From Nemertoderma westbladi (Eukaryota > Animalia > Xenacoelomorpha): 64,000 bases of DNA. Position numbers and translations under genes: made by a program. The notes under the pieces are model-generated. The model was given only the letters and a program-made list of their open reading frames with translations. It was not told where the DNA came from and made no database searches. Below are positions 61,694 through 64,000 of the stretch, piece after piece (the stretch's first letter is position 1; each line of letters begins with the position of its first letter). Location: NCBI GenBank assembly GCA_032718475.1, contig JAUCBJ010001241.1, forward strand, positions 6,485-70,484. Direction: 5' to 3'.

Positions 61694-63267
61694 CCCTATT
61701 AAACCCGGGGGGGGGGGGGGGTAAATATGACCCCCCCCGTGGTTTTTTTATTATAATTCTGAAACAAACGCAGTTGGAAATCTGAAATTTTATGACTTTT
61801 CCTAAAAATCTATTGTCTTCCTAGTAGTGAAAACCATTTTCAAAAATATTGGGTAGTTTTCGAGTTATAGCACCATTTTTTAACCCTACTTTTGGCACTT
61901 TTTTTGAGACGTTTTTTGAAAATTACATTTCATTAAATATGAATTGTAACATCTCTATTATTGATTTACACCGGTTTTTTGGTGTTAGAAATTGGATGGA
62001 ATTCATATAAATTGATTTAGAAATTTCAAACTTGTTTTTTTCGGCGGGTGCCAATTTTTGGTGCCAGCACCAAATTTTGAAATATGTCAATTTTGTAACT
62101 TGATTGTGTGAAACTTGTTTTTTACGCAATTGGGGTTTTTTGGGGTTCTGGTTTCGATGAAATATATACGAGTTGCACCAAGCGTATCAAACTTGTATTT
62201 TTCGGTGGTGGGTGCAAATTTTGGTGCTAGCACAAAATATTGAAAATCCATTCAATTGATAAAATTGTTTGTGACAATTTATTTCTTGCGTTTTAGAGGT
62301 TTATGGCTATTCTGAATTGAATGGAATATATAATTTTCGAACTAGGCATCTCAAACTTGTATTTTTCGGAAGTGGGTGCAAAATGTGGTGCTAGCACCAA
62401 ATTTTGAAAACCATCAAATATATAAATTGATTGTGTCACCTTGTTTCTTGCGTTATACGGGTTTGTGAGGGTTCTGAATTCAATGGAATCAGTAAAAATT
62501 TCATGAGAGTTTTCAAACTTGTATTTTTCGCCGGTGGGTGAAAATTGTTGTGCCAGCCCCAAATTTTGGAAAATAAGCAAATTGATCAGTAGATAGTATC
62601 ATCTTGTTTCTTGCGTTATACGGGTTTATGAGGGTCCTGATTCCGATGGAATCAATAAAAACAGCACCGGACATCTCAAACTTGTACTTTTTGGTGATGG
62701 GTACGAAATTTGGTGCTGGCACCAGAATTTGCCATATTACGCCGAAAAAAACGAGTAGCAAGCAATGATCTAGCAAATTAAAAATGTATTCCATTATAAT
62801 CAGCGCCCCTGAAAACCTGAAAATGTGAATTTATAGCATCGTATAAGTGAATTAAAATTTTGTATTCAAACTGAAAAGTGCTGGTTACATGTTTTTTCAC
62901 TTTTTTACCGACGTAGAGGACTAAAACAGCCATTTATAAGAATCAGATCATTTTTAAACATTTTCAAATGGATTTTGCGCCCCAAAAACCTGTTTTGAAA
63001 AACAATTAGCCGAAAATTGCAACTTGCCAAATTAATGAATATTGTTCACTACTTGTAATGTTGGTGCTGCAATATACCACCCCAGTACATTTTTTCGAAA
63101 ATGTTTTTTCGGTCGGATTCAGACTAGAGAAATCTACCTACAAATATATAATCGGACGTTGTCGTTAAAATTTGTAGATTTTAGATGGGGGGGGGGGGGG
63201 GGGGGGGGGGTCAATATGACCCCCTTCCGGTATTTTCACAACATTTTATAGCCCGGTACTAATAGGG
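61694..63267. mobile_element. piggyBac-like non-autonomous element with internal ~162-bp repeats
   Basis: TTAA|CCCTATTAAACCCGGG ... CCCGGTACTAATAGGG|TTAA; CAAACTTGT subrepeats at 62027, 62188, 62352, 62514 and 62677. Confidence 0.88.
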
Positions 63268-63526
63268 TTAAATATTGGTCACGACAGAGCGACAGATCAA
63301 CAGAACGACGGGTTGATTAATGGTACCCCCTTCGCTCAGGCTCACCATACTGCGTGGTTCGCCCCACATAACGCGGTTCTGGAGACCATATCGGAAACAT
63401 TTGGTGGCAATACAATAATAGATAAATAAAATAATCTCAATGGTTCCACATGGTATTTCATCAGAATCATAGTAACCAAGCAAACACACTACCGGTTTTA
63501 ACTATATTCTATTAAGTTGATTATTT

Positions 63527-63794
63527 ATGCACCGGGTTCATTATCATTATGTCAAGTACAATGAACACATCTCCAAACAGACTCTATACAACATTAGAGG
63601 TGTTTCATTCGTTCTCCAAGCTTCACACTTGAACGAAACCGCCTCCGCTTTGCAGGGCATTGCTTTCGCCGTGGGGACCTGCCAGGGCATAATATTAATA
63701 TTGTGCTTTAGCGGTGCGCACGGTGGACAGCATTCTTAATATATATGTAATATATAATGCAGCTGCAATGCAGCATGCCGATAGTAGTAGTAGA
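63527..63794 (+). mobile_element. Decayed RTE 3' fragment (same family)
   Basis: HISKQTLYNIRGVS; 3' UTR ATGCAGCTGCAATGCAGCATGCCGA plus (TAG)n tail. Confidence 0.85.
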
Positions 63795-64000
63795 TTATTT
63801 ATACTATTAAAGCATCAATCATATTTCTTCCGCTCCAGTTATGTATAATCTACATATTAATTAGATGCTGCTATGTGCACCTGTTGTTACTGAATGTTAC
63901 AGTCGAATTACTTGTACGGTTGAGACCGCAGAGAATGCAGAGAATGTTATTCTGAGCATTAGGACTGCCCCTTCTGGGGTCTGACTCATAAGAGACCAGA

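Overview
AT-rich eukaryotic nuclear DNA, most likely from an invertebrate animal. The inference rests on a metazoan-type PGD, GT-AG introns, and Merlin, Penelope, RTE, MULE, hAT, pogo and piggyBac-type elements plus tRNA-SINEs. It is not prokaryotic and has no CRISPR array. Host genes: one intact single-exon-CDS 6-phosphogluconate dehydrogenase gene (11212-12693, +), and at least two spliced exons of a second gene (59214-59626, +) with weak Slingshot-phosphatase N-terminal similarity. The rest is nested mobile DNA and six tandem arrays (42, 31, 68, 57, 34 and 33 bp units); the long repetitive ORFs in the track are artefacts of these arrays. Best leads: (1) a Merlin transposase with a symmetric CxxC-24aa-CxxC-x6-CxxH-24aa-CxxC insertion that looks like a doubly zinc-clasped coiled-coil arm; (2) a 5-kb, 57-bp satellite amplified from a segment of a MITE terminal repeat, with an unamplified relative of that MITE in the same window; (3) an abrupt G-to-C synonymous skew flip inside PGD, centred on a G-quadruplex-forming Gly-rich insertion; (4) degenerate Penelope-type hammerhead ribozymes, several long hairpins and repeated templated-insertion scars. 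All family assignments come from motif recognition by eye; no searches were run.
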